From positions 1,354 to 65,353 of the forward strand of contig CAMOKF010000002.1 of assembly GCA_946617625.1 (NCBI GenBank): DNA of 64,000 bases, written 5' to 3'. A model generated the notes under the pieces. That model was not told the DNA's origin, did no database searches, and was given only the letters and a program-made list of their open reading frames with translations. Each line of letters opens with the position of its first letter. Positions within the stretch are counted from its first letter, which is position 1. Made by a program: the position numbers and the translations under genes. Below are positions 27,885-37,684 of this stretch, piece after piece. Source of the DNA: an uncultured Bacillota bacterium (lineage in GTDB: Bacteria > Bacillota_I > Bacilli_A > RF39 > UBA660).

Positions 27885-30254
27885 ATGCTAAGAAAAAAGA
27901 TGTTTAGAGATATTAAGAATAATTTATCTCAATTTATAACAATATTTTTAATGGTTATGATTGGTGTAATGGCTTATTCTGGTATTGAAGCATATATGGA
28001 TGGTATGACTGAAACTGGAAATAAGTTTTATACTGAAAATAACTTACAAGATTTAAATGTAATGGGTACTAATTTTTCTAATGATGACTTAGTAACTATA
28101 AAAGATATAAAGCATGTTAAAGATGCCGAAAGAAAGTTATCTGTTACAGCTTTAACAGACAATGATAAAACTTTATTATTAAATTTTATTGAATCTAATA
28201 ATATTTCTAAGTTTTATGTATTTGATGGAGAAAAGTTTGATTCTAATAAATCAGGTGTATGGTTAGACTATTTTTATGCATTAGAAAATGATATAAAAGT
28301 TGGAGATACAATTCTTGTTAAGTATGAAGATTTAAATCTTAATGAAGAAGTCTTAGGTCTTGTTAATATACCAGATCATCTATATGATGTTAGAGATGAA
28401 TCTGAATTATATCCTGATAGAAAAGAGTTTGGATTTGCTTATTTATCTATTAATGAAATAAGTGAGGATTATATTAAGAATAAAGTAATGAAAGAATTAA
28501 ATATTACTGATATAGATGTTTTTAATAGAGTAATGCCTAACTTTAATTATAAAGATTATCTAATATTTAATAGTGTAATGGTTGATGTAGATAATAATGA
28601 TTACAGAGATGATGTTAAAAATACTATAGAAGATAAAGTAAAAAATGCATTAGCTATTATTAATATTGAAGATACTTCTTCTTATGTAACTTATCAAGGA
28701 GAAATAGATGAAGGTAAGACTTATGTTGGAGTGTTTTCTGGACTATTCTTATTTATCGCAATGTTATCAGTTATTACTACTATGACTAGAGTAGTTAAGA
28801 ATCAACGAATTCAGATAGGTACTTTAAAAGCTTTGGGATTTAGTAATAGAAAAGTTTTATTTCATTATATTGGATATGGATTTTGGATATCTATAGTAGC
28901 TTCTATAGTAGGTTTAATTTTAGGATATTTCTTTATAGGTAATGTTTTTATTAATCTCGAGATGGAATTCTTTGAAATACCTAATGGTCATCCAGTATTA
29001 AATAGTAATAGCTATTTAGTTGCTATATTAGTTGTTCTTGTAATAGCTATTATTACTTATTTTACTGGAAGAAGTATATTAAAAGATAATCCTGCTGAGA
29101 CTTTAAGAAATACAATACCTAGTGTTAATAAAAAATCATTGAATATAACTACTAAAGGTATATTTAAAAAACTTAGTTTTTCTTCTAAATGGAATATTAG
29201 AGATATGTTTAGAAATAAGATGAGAACATTTATGGGTATTGCTGGAGTAGTTGGATGTTGCATGCTAATTGTTTGTGCTTTAGGTATGCTTGATTCTATG
29301 AATCATTTTGTAGATTTACAGTTCTCTAAACTATATAATTTCGATTATAAATTAAATATCAAAAGTGATATTAGTGATGAATCATTAGCTGATTTAAAAA
29401 ATAAATATGGTGATAAGACTTCTATGTCTTTAGGTATTGAGATTAAAAATGGTAGTAAAAGAGAATCTAATAATATATTTGTAACAGATGCAGATAATTA
29501 TGTACGATTTGTTGATAAAAAAGATAATTATACTAAAGTTGACTCTAATGATGGAGTATATGTTACATATAAGTTAGCTTCTACTAAAGGTTATAAATTA
29601 GGTGATAAAATATCATGGCATATTTATGGTGATGATAAGTACTATACTTCAGAAATAATTGGATTTAATAAAGATCCACAAAATCAAAATATTACTATGA
29701 CTAGAGAATATTTAGAGTCATTAGATATAGAGTATAAACCTGATTCTTTATATACAAATTATGATTTAAGTAAAATAAAAGAAATTACTGGTGTTGAAAA
29801 TATTCAAGACATTGAAAGTTTAAAAGAAGGAATGACTGGAATGCTTTCTATGATGAAAACTATGTTAGTTTTAATAATTGGAATAGCAGTATTATTGGGA
29901 GCTATTATTATATATAATTTAGGTATTCTTTCTTATACTGAAAAGCAATATCAATTTGCTACTTTAAAAGTCCTTGGGTTTAAGGATGATCAAATTAAAA
30001 AAATCTTTATAAAACAAAATGATTGGATTGCAATTGTTTCTATAATAATTGGTTTACCTTTAGGTTTTTATTTAACTGATTGGTTATTTAAAACTGCTAT
30101 TGAAGAACATTATGATTTTGGAGCTTTTATTACAATTAGAACTTATGTTATTTCGGCTATAGGTACTTTTATTGTTAGTTATTTAGTATCTAAATTATTA
30201 GCTAGAAAGATAAATAAGATAGATATGGTTTCTAGTTTAAAAGGTAATGAGTAA
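27885..30254 (+). CDS. FtsX-family ABC transporter permease (double FtsX module)
   Basis: ~790 aa with two TM clusters and large extracytoplasmic domains, as in FtsX/MacB permeases. ATG 27885 preferred; the track start 27867 overlaps the ATPase gene. Confidence 0.8.
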   Translation: MLRKKMFRDIKNNLSQFITIFLMVMIGVMAYSGIEAYMDGMTETGNKFYTENNLQDLNVMGTNFSNDDLVTIKDIKHVKDAERKLSVTALTDNDKTLLLNFIESNNISKFYVFDGEKFDSNKSGVWLDYFYALENDIKVGDTILVKYEDLNLNEEVLGLVNIPDHLYDVRDESELYPDRKEFGFAYLSINEISEDYIKNKVMKELNITDIDVFNRVMPNFNYKDYLIFNSVMVDVDNNDYRDDVKNTIEDKVKNALAIINIEDTSSYVTYQGEIDEGKTYVGVFSGLFLFIAMLSVITTMTRVVKNQRIQIGTLKALGFSNRKVLFHYIGYGFWISIVASIVGLILGYFFIGNVFINLEMEFFEIPNGHPVLNSNSYLVAILVVLVIAIITYFTGRSILKDNPAETLRNTIPSVNKKSLNITTKGIFKKLSFSSKWNIRDMFRNKMRTFMGIAGVVGCCMLIVCALGMLDSMNHFVDLQFSKLYNFDYKLNIKSDISDESLADLKNKYGDKTSMSLGIEIKNGSKRESNNIFVTDADNYVRFVDKKDNYTKVDSNDGVYVTYKLASTKGYKLGDKISWHIYGDDKYYTSEIIGFNKDPQNQNITMTREYLESLDIEYKPDSLYTNYDLSKIKEITGVENIQDIESLKEGMTGMLSMMKTMLVLIIGIAVLLGAIIIYNLGILSYTEKQYQFATLKVLGFKDDQIKKIFIKQNDWIAIVSIIIGLPLGFYLTDWLFKTAIEEHYDFGAFITIRTYVISAIGTFIVSYLVSKLLARKINKIDMVSSLKGNE

Positions 30255-30258
30255 TTGC

Positions 30259-30286
30259 TTGACATAATAAAATTTGGTTTTATAAT
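30259..30286 (+). promoter_or_regulatory. sigma-A type promoter of the metK leader
   Basis: TTGACA (30259-30264), 16-nt spacer, TATAAT (30281-30286). Confidence 0.7.
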
Positions 30287-30296
30287 ATAGATATAT

Positions 30297-30447
30297 ATGT
30301 TATCAAGAGCGGACGAGAGAATCGGCTTTATGACTCCGCAGCAACCTATTAAGTTAGGTGCTAATACCGACAAAGTAGAAGTACTTTGAATGATGATTAT
30401 TAAGTTATTAATAGTTAAAGTTCATGTACTACATGAACTTTTTTTTA
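30297..30447 (+). promoter_or_regulatory. SAM-I (S-box) riboswitch with intrinsic terminator
   Basis: TTATCAAGAGCGGACGAGAGAATCGGCTTTATGACTCCGCAGCAACC...GGTGCTAATACCGACAAAG matches the S-box core. Terminator AAGTTCATGT/ACATGAACTT (30418-30440) plus a T-run. Located upstream of metK. Confidence 0.9.
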
Positions 30448-30481
30448 TACTTGATACATATATGATAGGAAGGAGTTTTTT

Positions 30482-31591
30482 ATGAAAAGATTATTTACAA
30501 GTGAAAGTGTGACAGAAGGTCATCCTGATAAATTATGTGATTTAATATCTGATAGTTTATTAGATGAATATTTAAGGGGAGATAGTAATTCTAGAGTAGC
30601 TATTGAAACTGTTGCTGGTAAAGATACTATTTTTATTACTGGAGAAGTTACTAGTAAAAGTGAAGTAGATGTAGAAAAAGTAGTTAGAGAAACTATTAAA
30701 TCTATTGGTTATTTTGGTGATTGTGATATTAATTATGAAACATGTAATATTATTATTAATATGACTACACAGTCTCCTGATATTTCTTTAGGTACTAATG
30801 ATTTAGTAGGTGGAGCAGGTGATCAAGGGATAATGTTTGGATATGCATGTTCTGAAACAGAAGAGTTAATGCCTTTACCTATTATGTTAGCTCATAAATT
30901 ATCTAAAAGACTTAGTGAAGTTAGAAAAAACAATATTGTAGAAGGAATTGGTCCAGATGGTAAAACTCAGGTTACTGTTTTATATGATGAAGACAAAGTA
31001 ATTGGAATTGATACTATTTTGATTTCTACTCAACATAGAGATAATAAAGATGTTGAGCTACTAAAAAAAGAAATTATTGAAAATGTTATTAACTATGTAG
31101 TTGATAATAGTTTAATAATGGATTCTACTAAAATTTTAATTAATCCTACAGGAAGATTTGTTATTGGAGGACCTTTAGGAGATTCTGGTTTAACTGGTAG
31201 AAAGATTATTGTTGATACATATGGAGGCTATGCTAGACATGGTGGTGGAGCCTTTTCTGGAAAAGATCCAACTAAAGTAGATAGAAGTGCTGCATATATG
31301 GCTAGATTACTTGCTAAAAATGTTGTATGGAATGGATATGCAAAAAAATGTGAAATACAATTAAGTTATGCTATAGGTATTCCTGAACCAATCTCTATAT
31401 ATATTGAAACATTTAATACTAATACTATTAGTGATGAAGAAATAATTGAAAAAATAAAGAGTAAGTTTGATTTAACTCCTAGAGGTATTATTGATTATTT
31501 AGGATTAAGAGAACCAATATATAAGACTACAACTAATTATGGTCATTTTGGTAAGAATGACCTTCCATGGGAGAGAAAAGTTGAATTTTAA
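30482..31591 (+). CDS. metK: S-adenosylmethionine synthetase
   Basis: [35 protein letters not shown] motifs. Preceded by a SAM-I riboswitch. Confidence 0.95.
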   Translation: MKRLFTSESVTEGHPDKLCDLISDSLLDEYLRGDSNSRVAIETVAGKDTIFITGEVTSKSEVDVEKVVRETIKSIGYFGDCDINYETCNIIINMTTQSPDISLGTNDLVGGAGDQGIMFGYACSETEELMPLPIMLAHKLSKRLSEVRKNNIVEGIGPDGKTQVTVLYDEDKVIGIDTILISTQHRDNKDVELLKKEIIENVINYVVDNSLIMDSTKILINPTGRFVIGGPLGDSGLTGRKIIVDTYGGYARHGGGAFSGKDPTKVDRSAAYMARLLAKNVVWNGYAKKCEIQLSYAIGIPEPISIYIETFNTNTISDEEIIEKIKSKFDLTPRGIIDYLGLREPIYKTTTNYGHFGKNDLPWERKVEF

Positions 31592-31620
31592 GCTATTTTG
31601 TGATATAATATGTCCAACTA

Positions 31621-32319
31621 TTGGGGATGGTTGGATTGAAAATAATAAATTTTGAGTGTGATAAAGATTTACTTAACTTTATTAAGAAAAACTCTATAAA
31701 GTTTGTTGGTAGTGGTGCAGAAGGATCTTGTTATCAGGGAAAATACAATAATGTATATAAGTTCTTCGAATTTAGTACAAAAAATAAATATAATTTAAAA
31801 GATATTATTACAGAAGATGAAGTAAAAAATGACTCTTTTGCTTTTCCTACTGAATTATATTCTGTTGGAGATACTTTAGAAGGATATAAAGCTAGATTTA
31901 TTAGTAAAGATTATTTTTCTATAGATAATACTTTTGAGATTAGAACTATTAGTAAATTTAATTTTGAAAATTTTTCTAAAGCATATAAAGTGTTTTTAAA
32001 AGATTTATTAAAATTATCTAAGGAAAATATTTTAATTTATGACTTACCTTTTAACATTATGTTTGATGGAGAAAAAATGACTGCTATTGATACTTGTGGA
32101 TATAAAAAAGTAGATAAAGATCCTACAAAAGATAATATTAGCAGTTTAAATGGTGCTATGGAATTATTATTTGAACAATGGTTTTCTAATTCTAAAAAAG
32201 TTGAATTTCAACTTAAAGATAATAATATAGATAATTTTATCAATGATGTTTATAGTAAGTTACCGCTTACATTAAAGCGAAGAGTCAGTATGAATAATAA
32301 TTATAAATTTAAAAAATAA
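31621..32319 (+). CDS. hypothetical protein with possible minimal protein-kinase-like fold
   Basis: GSGAEGSCYQG (Gly-rich loop-like), VYKFF (Lys), IYDLPFNIMF (D..N) and AIDTCG (DFG position). By-eye resemblance only. Confidence 0.35.
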   Translation: MGMVGLKIINFECDKDLLNFIKKNSIKFVGSGAEGSCYQGKYNNVYKFFEFSTKNKYNLKDIITEDEVKNDSFAFPTELYSVGDTLEGYKARFISKDYFSIDNTFEIRTISKFNFENFSKAYKVFLKDLLKLSKENILIYDLPFNIMFDGEKMTAIDTCGYKKVDKDPTKDNISSLNGAMELLFEQWFSNSKKVEFQLKDNNIDNFINDVYSKLPLTLKRRVSMNNNYKFKK

Positions 32320-32388
32320 AACTATTTGTAAAAAAAACAGATAGTTTTTTATTTTATTGTGCTATAATCTTTTTTATGGGTGATTTTT

Positions 32389-32775
32389 ATGAAGTTTAAT
32401 AGTCTTATTCCAGAATTATCTGTTTCTAATCTAGAGGAAAGTTTATCTTTTTATTTGTCTATTGGTTTTACAATCGCTTATAGAAGAGAAGAAAATAACT
32501 TTTGTTTTATTGAGTTAGAAGGTAACCAGATAATGCTAGATCAATTAAATGATAACTGGGATGTTGGCCCATTGGAGAAACCATTTGGTAGAGGTATTAA
32601 TATAAGTATGAGTGTTTCTGATATTGAAAAATTATATAAGAAAGTATTAGATAATAATATTAGTATTTTTAAAGAATTAGAAACTCATTCTTATAGAGTA
32701 GATGATATAGTTTATCATGATAAAGAGTTTTTAATACAAGATCCAGATGGATATTTACTTAGATTTAATAACTAG
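32389..32775 (+). CDS. VOC (glyoxalase/bleomycin-resistance) family protein
   Basis: IPELSVSNLEESLSFYLSIGF and C-terminal LIQDPDGYLLRF are typical of VOC-fold proteins. ATG 32389 preferred to GTG 32380. Confidence 0.7.
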   Translation: MKFNSLIPELSVSNLEESLSFYLSIGFTIAYRREENNFCFIELEGNQIMLDQLNDNWDVGPLEKPFGRGINISMSVSDIEKLYKKVLDNNISIFKELETHSYRVDDIVYHDKEFLIQDPDGYLLRFNN

Positions 32776-32785
32776 AGGTGATATA

Positions 32786-33520
32786 ATGAACTTCATTCTT
32801 TATGAAGATGAAGAAGTATTTGTAAACATTTATGAAGAAGTAATTAATAAGTTAATGTTAAATCATAGAATAGATTATAAAATTCATAAGATAAATAGTT
32901 ATGATGATACTACTATTAATAATATTAATTCTATTAAAGGTAATAAAGTTTTCATTTTAGATGTAGAAGTTCCAGGTAAGAATGGTATTGATTTAGCTAG
33001 GAAGATTAGAAAAAGTGGAGATTGGATTAGTCCAATTATAGTTGTCACATCACATGAAGAGTTTAAAGTAGTAGGCTTTACGGGAAAAATATTAATGTTA
33101 GATTTTATTAGTAAGAATAAAGAACTAAGTAATAATTTATTAAGTGCTTTATTAGTTAGTCTTGAAATTAATTCATCTAAACCATCATATAATTTTTCTT
33201 ATAAAGGTGATTATTTTTCTTTACCATATGATGACATAATATATTTTGAAAAAAGTTTTAAAGATAATTCTAGTATAGTAGTATGTGAAAATGATGATTA
33301 TGTTGTTAGAAAGACTATATCTGAAATAGAAGAAGAGCTAAAAAATACTAACTTTTTTAAAACTCATAGAAGTTGTATTGTAAATTTAAATAAAATAAAA
33401 AGAATCAATTACGATGATGGTATTATTTACTTTAATAATGAAGAAATAGACTTATTATCTAGAAATAATAAAAAGATATTGAAAGAGAAAATGGAACAAT
33501 TAAATGGAAGTACTTCTTAG
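32786..33520 (+). CDS. LytTR-family response regulator (AgrA-like)
   Basis: Receiver domain (YEDE acidic pocket, FILDVEVPG phospho-Asp, VVTSH, DFISK). C-terminal LytTR domain (FFKTHRSCIVNLNKI). ATG 32786 behind AGAGGTGA. Confidence 0.85.
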   Translation: MNFILYEDEEVFVNIYEEVINKLMLNHRIDYKIHKINSYDDTTINNINSIKGNKVFILDVEVPGKNGIDLARKIRKSGDWISPIIVVTSHEEFKVVGFTGKILMLDFISKNKELSNNLLSALLVSLEINSSKPSYNFSYKGDYFSLPYDDIIYFEKSFKDNSSIVVCENDDYVVRKTISEIEEELKNTNFFKTHRSCIVNLNKIKRINYDDGIIYFNNEEIDLLSRNNKKILKEKMEQLNGSTS

Positions 33521-34811
33521 TTTTATAATATCTTTTATTAATATGATATATGCTTATCATTCGAGTTTGATTATTTTTAAGCAAAAGAAAAGGAATATTA
33601 AAGAAATATTTTTGCCTTTTCTTTTATATTGTTTATTTTATTTTTTTATAATTTTCTTTATGGATTCTACTTATTCTATGTTCTTTATTAGTATTATGTA
33701 TATTCCTTTAATAAAAATATTATTAAAGCGTAATTTAGTGGAGACTATTACTTTATCTTTGATACTATATTTTACTGTTTTAATATTTGAATTTTTAATT
33801 ACTAGTATTATTTCCAATAGTATGATTGATGCATATTTAAAAGTATATGATTATAATATGGTAAAACTTATAATTGATTTTTTGGCTGTAATTCTTAGTA
33901 AATTTACTATTTTTATATTTAGTAAGTACTATAGAAAAACGGTTACTAGAATTTGTAATTATAAATATGTGAACATTGTATTAGTTATATTATTCTATAT
34001 AAATATAATTGTTTCTATTGTAACTAGGTATAGATATATTGAACTTAATAATTCTACTATTGCTGATTGTATAGTTATTATTACTTTAGTATTTGTATTT
34101 GTTTATTCTATGGATAAGAATGATAAATTACAATCTCTTAGTAATTGTTATAATGAAATATGTGATTATTCAAAATCTAGTGAAGAATTAAATTATGATT
34201 ATAGAATGAAAATTCATGAGAATAAAAATCAGTTATTACTTATTAGAGGTATGGTGAAAAAGAATAATAATAAATTACTTAAATATATTGATAATCTATT
34301 AGATTTAAGTGATAGTGATGTAGATAATAATTATTTATCTTTATTAGATAGAATAAATATTCCTGGACTAAAGAATTTTATTAATTATAAATTAATGATT
34401 TTAAGAAAAATGAATTCTCAAATAGAGTTATTCGTTAGTGAAGATATTTCATTAATAAATGTTGATGTGATTAGTGATACTGATTATTATAATATGACTA
34501 CTATAATTGGTGTTTTACTTGATAATATAATTGATTGTTTAAGAAATCAAAAGAATAAGTTAGTTAGTATTATTATTTATGTTAATAATGATAATTTATG
34601 TTTTAAATTTGCTAATAATATAGAAAAACAAGTAGATTTAGATTGTATATATAATAAAGGATTTAGTACGAAAGGTTCTAAAAGGGGAGTAGGATTAAAT
34701 CTAATAAAGGATATTGTTGATAATAGTAAAAGATTTGAATGTAATACAAGTATAGTAGATGACTTTTTTGTTCAAGATGTTATTATTAAAATACCAAAAA
34801 TCATTTTTTAA
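33504..34811 (+). CDS. AgrC-like (HPK10-type) sensor histidine kinase
   Basis: About 6 N-terminal TM helices. C-terminal GHKL ATPase boxes (LLDNIIDC, NKGFSTKGSKRGVGLNLIKDIV). Overlaps the regulator gene by 17 nt. Confidence 0.75.
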   Translation: MEVLLSFIISFINMIYAYHSSLIIFKQKKRNIKEIFLPFLLYCLFYFFIIFFMDSTYSMFFISIMYIPLIKILLKRNLVETITLSLILYFTVLIFEFLITSIISNSMIDAYLKVYDYNMVKLIIDFLAVILSKFTIFIFSKYYRKTVTRICNYKYVNIVLVILFYINIIVSIVTRYRYIELNNSTIADCIVIITLVFVFVYSMDKNDKLQSLSNCYNEICDYSKSSEELNYDYRMKIHENKNQLLLIRGMVKKNNNKLLKYIDNLLDLSDSDVDNNYLSLLDRINIPGLKNFINYKLMILRKMNSQIELFVSEDISLINVDVISDTDYYNMTTIIGVLLDNIIDCLRNQKNKLVSIIIYVNNDNLCFKFANNIEKQVDLDCIYNKGFSTKGSKRGVGLNLIKDIVDNSKRFECNTSIVDDFFVQDVIIKIPKIIF

Positions 34812-34904
34812 TTACTTTTAATCACGCAATTAATTTTTAATTATTTTTTAATGCTAATATTCTTTTTGTACATATTATTGTATAGAAGAAAGAGAGGTTA
34901 AAAA

Positions 34905-35114
34905 ATGATTGGTAAAGTTAAGTGGTTTAATAATGAGAAAGGATACGGATTCATAAAGTATAAAGAGTATGATGATATTTTTGTTCATTACTCTGCTATT
35001 AATATAGATGGGTATAAGACTTTAAAAAGTGATGAATTAGTACAATTTGAATTAATAAATACACCTAAAGGTTTACAAGCTAGAGAAGTATGTCAACTAG
35101 GAGCTAATTTTTAA
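34905..35114 (+). CDS. cspA: cold-shock protein (CSD)
   Basis: GKVKWFNNEKGYGFI (RNP1) and DIFVHYSAI (RNP2). Confidence 0.95.
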   Translation: MIGKVKWFNNEKGYGFIKYKEYDDIFVHYSAINIDGYKTLKSDELVQFELINTPKGLQAREVCQLGANF

Positions 35115-35116
35115 AA

Positions 35117-35148
35117 AATACAAGTTTATGTAGTCTTGTATTTTTTTA
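35117..35148 (+). terminator. intrinsic terminator after csp
   Basis: ATACAAG/CTTGTAT stem plus T7. Confidence 0.75.
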
Positions 35149-35187
35149 TTCGTTTTTATGTTAAAATTATTATGTTAGAGGTAGTAT

Positions 35188-36072
35188 ATGAAGAAGAATG
35201 ATGAAATTAAAATTGCTGGATTATTAGGTATAATTGGAAATATATTTTTATTAGTTATAAAAAGTATTGTCAGCATTATTTCTAATAGTCAATCTATGTT
35301 AGCTGATACGTTTAATAGTGCAAGTGATATATTTGCTTCTGTTATGACTTATATTGGTAATAAAATTGCTAGTAAGAAAGCTGATGATGATCATAATTTA
35401 GGACATGGTAAGGCTGAATATGTTTATTCATTACTGATTAGTGTTATTATGTTTTTACTTGCTTATAAAGTATTAAAATCATCTATTATGTCTTTTTTTG
35501 GTAATAGTGAATATATTTATTCTAATTGGTTATTAGTCGTATGTATTATTACTATAGTTACTAAACTTTGTTTATTTATTTATACAAGGTATGTTTCAGT
35601 TAAATATCATAATATGTTAATAAAAAGTAATAGTATAGATCATATTAATGATTGTTTATTAACTGGATTAAATTTATTTGCATGTATTATGAGTAGATTT
35701 GGATTTAATTATATTGATGGTGTTGTTGGAACTTTTATATCTTTATGGATTATCTATCAAGCTTTTAAGATATTTGTTGAAAGTTATGATGTTTTAATGG
35801 ATAAAGCTATAAGTGATGAGATTAAAAATCGTGTATATGAAATAATAAAAACATATCCTGAAATAAAAAAAGTAATTCATTTTAACTCTACTCCTGTAGG
35901 GTATAGATATCAAATTTCATTTACTATTTATGTGGATGGTAAGATGTCTACATATGATAGTCATTTTATAGCAAATAAATTGGAAAAAGAAATTGATAAG
36001 AAAATAGATGAAATATATTTAACAGTTATTCATGTTAATCCTATAGAGGAGGATAAAGATGATATTCGCTAG
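35188..36072 (+). CDS. cation diffusion facilitator family transporter
   Basis: Six TM helices. LADTFNSASD and DDDHNLGHGKAEY motifs, plus a C-terminal cytoplasmic domain. Confidence 0.85.
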   Translation: MKKNDEIKIAGLLGIIGNIFLLVIKSIVSIISNSQSMLADTFNSASDIFASVMTYIGNKIASKKADDDHNLGHGKAEYVYSLLISVIMFLLAYKVLKSSIMSFFGNSEYIYSNWLLVVCIITIVTKLCLFIYTRYVSVKYHNMLIKSNSIDHINDCLLTGLNLFACIMSRFGFNYIDGVVGTFISLWIIYQAFKIFVESYDVLMDKAISDEIKNRVYEIIKTYPEIKKVIHFNSTPVGYRYQISFTIYVDGKMSTYDSHFIANKLEKEIDKKIDEIYLTVIHVNPIEEDKDDIR

Positions 36073-36613
36073 TAACAATAAATCAAAGTTAAAAGAAATA
36101 AGAGCAATTTTAGGAAATGATATTAAGTCTTTAAAAGATGTTAATGTTGATATTGATGTAGTAGAAGATGGAGAAACATTTTATGATAATGCATTAAAAA
36201 AAGCTATCGAAATATATGATATTGTTCATGAACCAGTTATTAGTGATGACTCTGGCTTATCAATTGATTGTCTTGATGGATTTCCTGGGGTACATTCAAA
36301 AAGATTTTTGGGTTATGATGCTTCTGATAAGGAAATAAATGATTATATTTTAGAAAAGATGAAAAATATTTCCAATAGAGAATGTAAAGTTATTTGTACA
36401 TTAGTTTATTACGATGGTAAAAGAACTTTGAGAGCTGATGGCATTTTAAATGGGCGTATTTCTTATGAAGAACGTGGTACAAATGGATTTGGATTTGATT
36501 CTATTTTTGAATTGGATGATGGTAGAACTATGGCAGAACACACACAAGAAGAAAAAAATAATATGAGTGCAAGATATTTAGCTGCATTAAAGTTGAAAAA
36601 TATATTAAAATAA
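36059..36613 (+). CDS. rdgB: non-canonical purine NTP pyrophosphatase (RdgB/HAM1)
   Basis: MIFASNNKSKLKEI, SDDSGLSID and GTNGFGFDSIF motifs. Overlaps the CDF gene by 14 nt. Confidence 0.85.
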   Translation: MIFASNNKSKLKEIRAILGNDIKSLKDVNVDIDVVEDGETFYDNALKKAIEIYDIVHEPVISDDSGLSIDCLDGFPGVHSKRFLGYDASDKEINDYILEKMKNISNRECKVICTLVYYDGKRTLRADGILNGRISYEERGTNGFGFDSIFELDDGRTMAEHTQEEKNNMSARYLAALKLKNILK

Positions 36614-36673
36614 CTTAGTTTTTACTAGGTTTTTTTATTTTTATGATATAATCTACATTGAGGAGTGAGAGTA

Positions 36674-37630
36674 ATGGCTAATGAAGAATTTGATATAAAA
36701 TCAAAAAGAATTAAAATGCTTAATACTTATGGAGAAAATTTTCAAGATAAAGAATATATTACTAATCCTGCTATTGGTAGAGATGAACAAATAAAACAAT
36801 TAATTTTAATCTTACTTACACCAGATAAAAGTGCTGTATTAGTTGGTAAACCTGGTGTTGGTAAAACTGCTACTGTAGAAGGTTTAGCTTATCGTATACA
36901 AAAAGGTTTAGTTCCAGATGTATTAAAAGGATATAGTGTTATAAAGATAAATACTTCTTCACTTCTTGGAGTAGATCCAGTAACTGGTGAAGCTAAAGTT
37001 CAAACATTACTTGATGAATTAAAAAATCAAAGTAAATTAATTTTATTTATTGATGAAATACATACTTTAATGGGTTCTAAAGGAGAAGCTTTAGATTTTG
37101 CGAATATGTTTAAGCCTGCTTTGGATAGAGGAGATATTAAAGTAATAGGTGCTACTACTACTGAAGAGTATGAAAGATATATTTTAAGAGATAAAGCATT
37201 TGTTAGACGTTTCCAAAAAGTAGAAATATCTGAACCTACTAGAAATGAAAATATTCAAATACTAATGGGTACTCTTCCTAAAATAGAAAAAAGAACTGGT
37301 GTTAAAATGAACTATACTTCTTACGTTATTCGTAAAATGATGGAGTTTATTACTGATATAACTTCTGAATATAAAAGAATATATGAAATAGGTTCTAGAT
37401 ATCCAGATGTTTCATTAACACTTGTACAAGAAGCTTTTTCTAATGCTTTATTTAATAATAGAAATTATGTAAAAGCTGAAGATTTTAGAAATGCTATTGT
37501 TAATAGTAAGAATATATATCCAGATGTTATTAGAAAAGCATTACCTGAATTTGATACTATTTTTGCAGAACAACTTAATAGTGAAACTGGTGATGTAAAG
37601 ATAGACAGATTAGATGATGCAGTAGAATAA
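36674..37630 (+). CDS. stand-alone Clp/Hsp100-type AAA+ module (D1-like only)
   Basis: GRDEQIKQLILIL, Walker A GKPGVGKTA, Walker B ILFIDEIHTL and GATTTEEYERYILRDKAFVRRFQKV, as in ClpA/B/C D1. It is only ~318 aa, with no N-domain, M-domain or D2. It has its own RBS and terminator. Confidence 0.75.
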   Translation: MANEEFDIKSKRIKMLNTYGENFQDKEYITNPAIGRDEQIKQLILILLTPDKSAVLVGKPGVGKTATVEGLAYRIQKGLVPDVLKGYSVIKINTSSLLGVDPVTGEAKVQTLLDELKNQSKLILFIDEIHTLMGSKGEALDFANMFKPALDRGDIKVIGATTTEEYERYILRDKAFVRRFQKVEISEPTRNENIQILMGTLPKIEKRTGVKMNYTSYVIRKMMEFITDITSEYKRIYEIGSRYPDVSLTLVQEAFSNALFNNRNYVKAEDFRNAIVNSKNIYPDVIRKALPEFDTIFAEQLNSETGDVKIDRLDDAVE

Positions 37631-37660
37631 AATGTCTCTTTAAAAGAGACATTTTTTTTA
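37631..37660 (+). terminator. intrinsic terminator after the Clp-like AAA+ gene
   Basis: AATGTCTCTT/AAGAGACATT 10-bp stem plus T8. Confidence 0.85.
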
Positions 37661-37684
37661 TTTTTTTATTTTATAATTAATTCA

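Noticed and set aside
30179-30373. 64-aa minus-strand ORF
   Set aside because: It is antisense to the permease 3' end, the metK promoter and the SAM-I riboswitch. The riboswitch explains the conservation-like GC content.
34812-34904. Possible pheromone/AgrD-like small ORF or LytTR repeats downstream of the histidine kinase
   Set aside because: I found no ATG/GTG/TTG-initiated ORF with an RBS and no convincing 9-bp direct repeats. The region reads as a plain AT-rich csp promoter.
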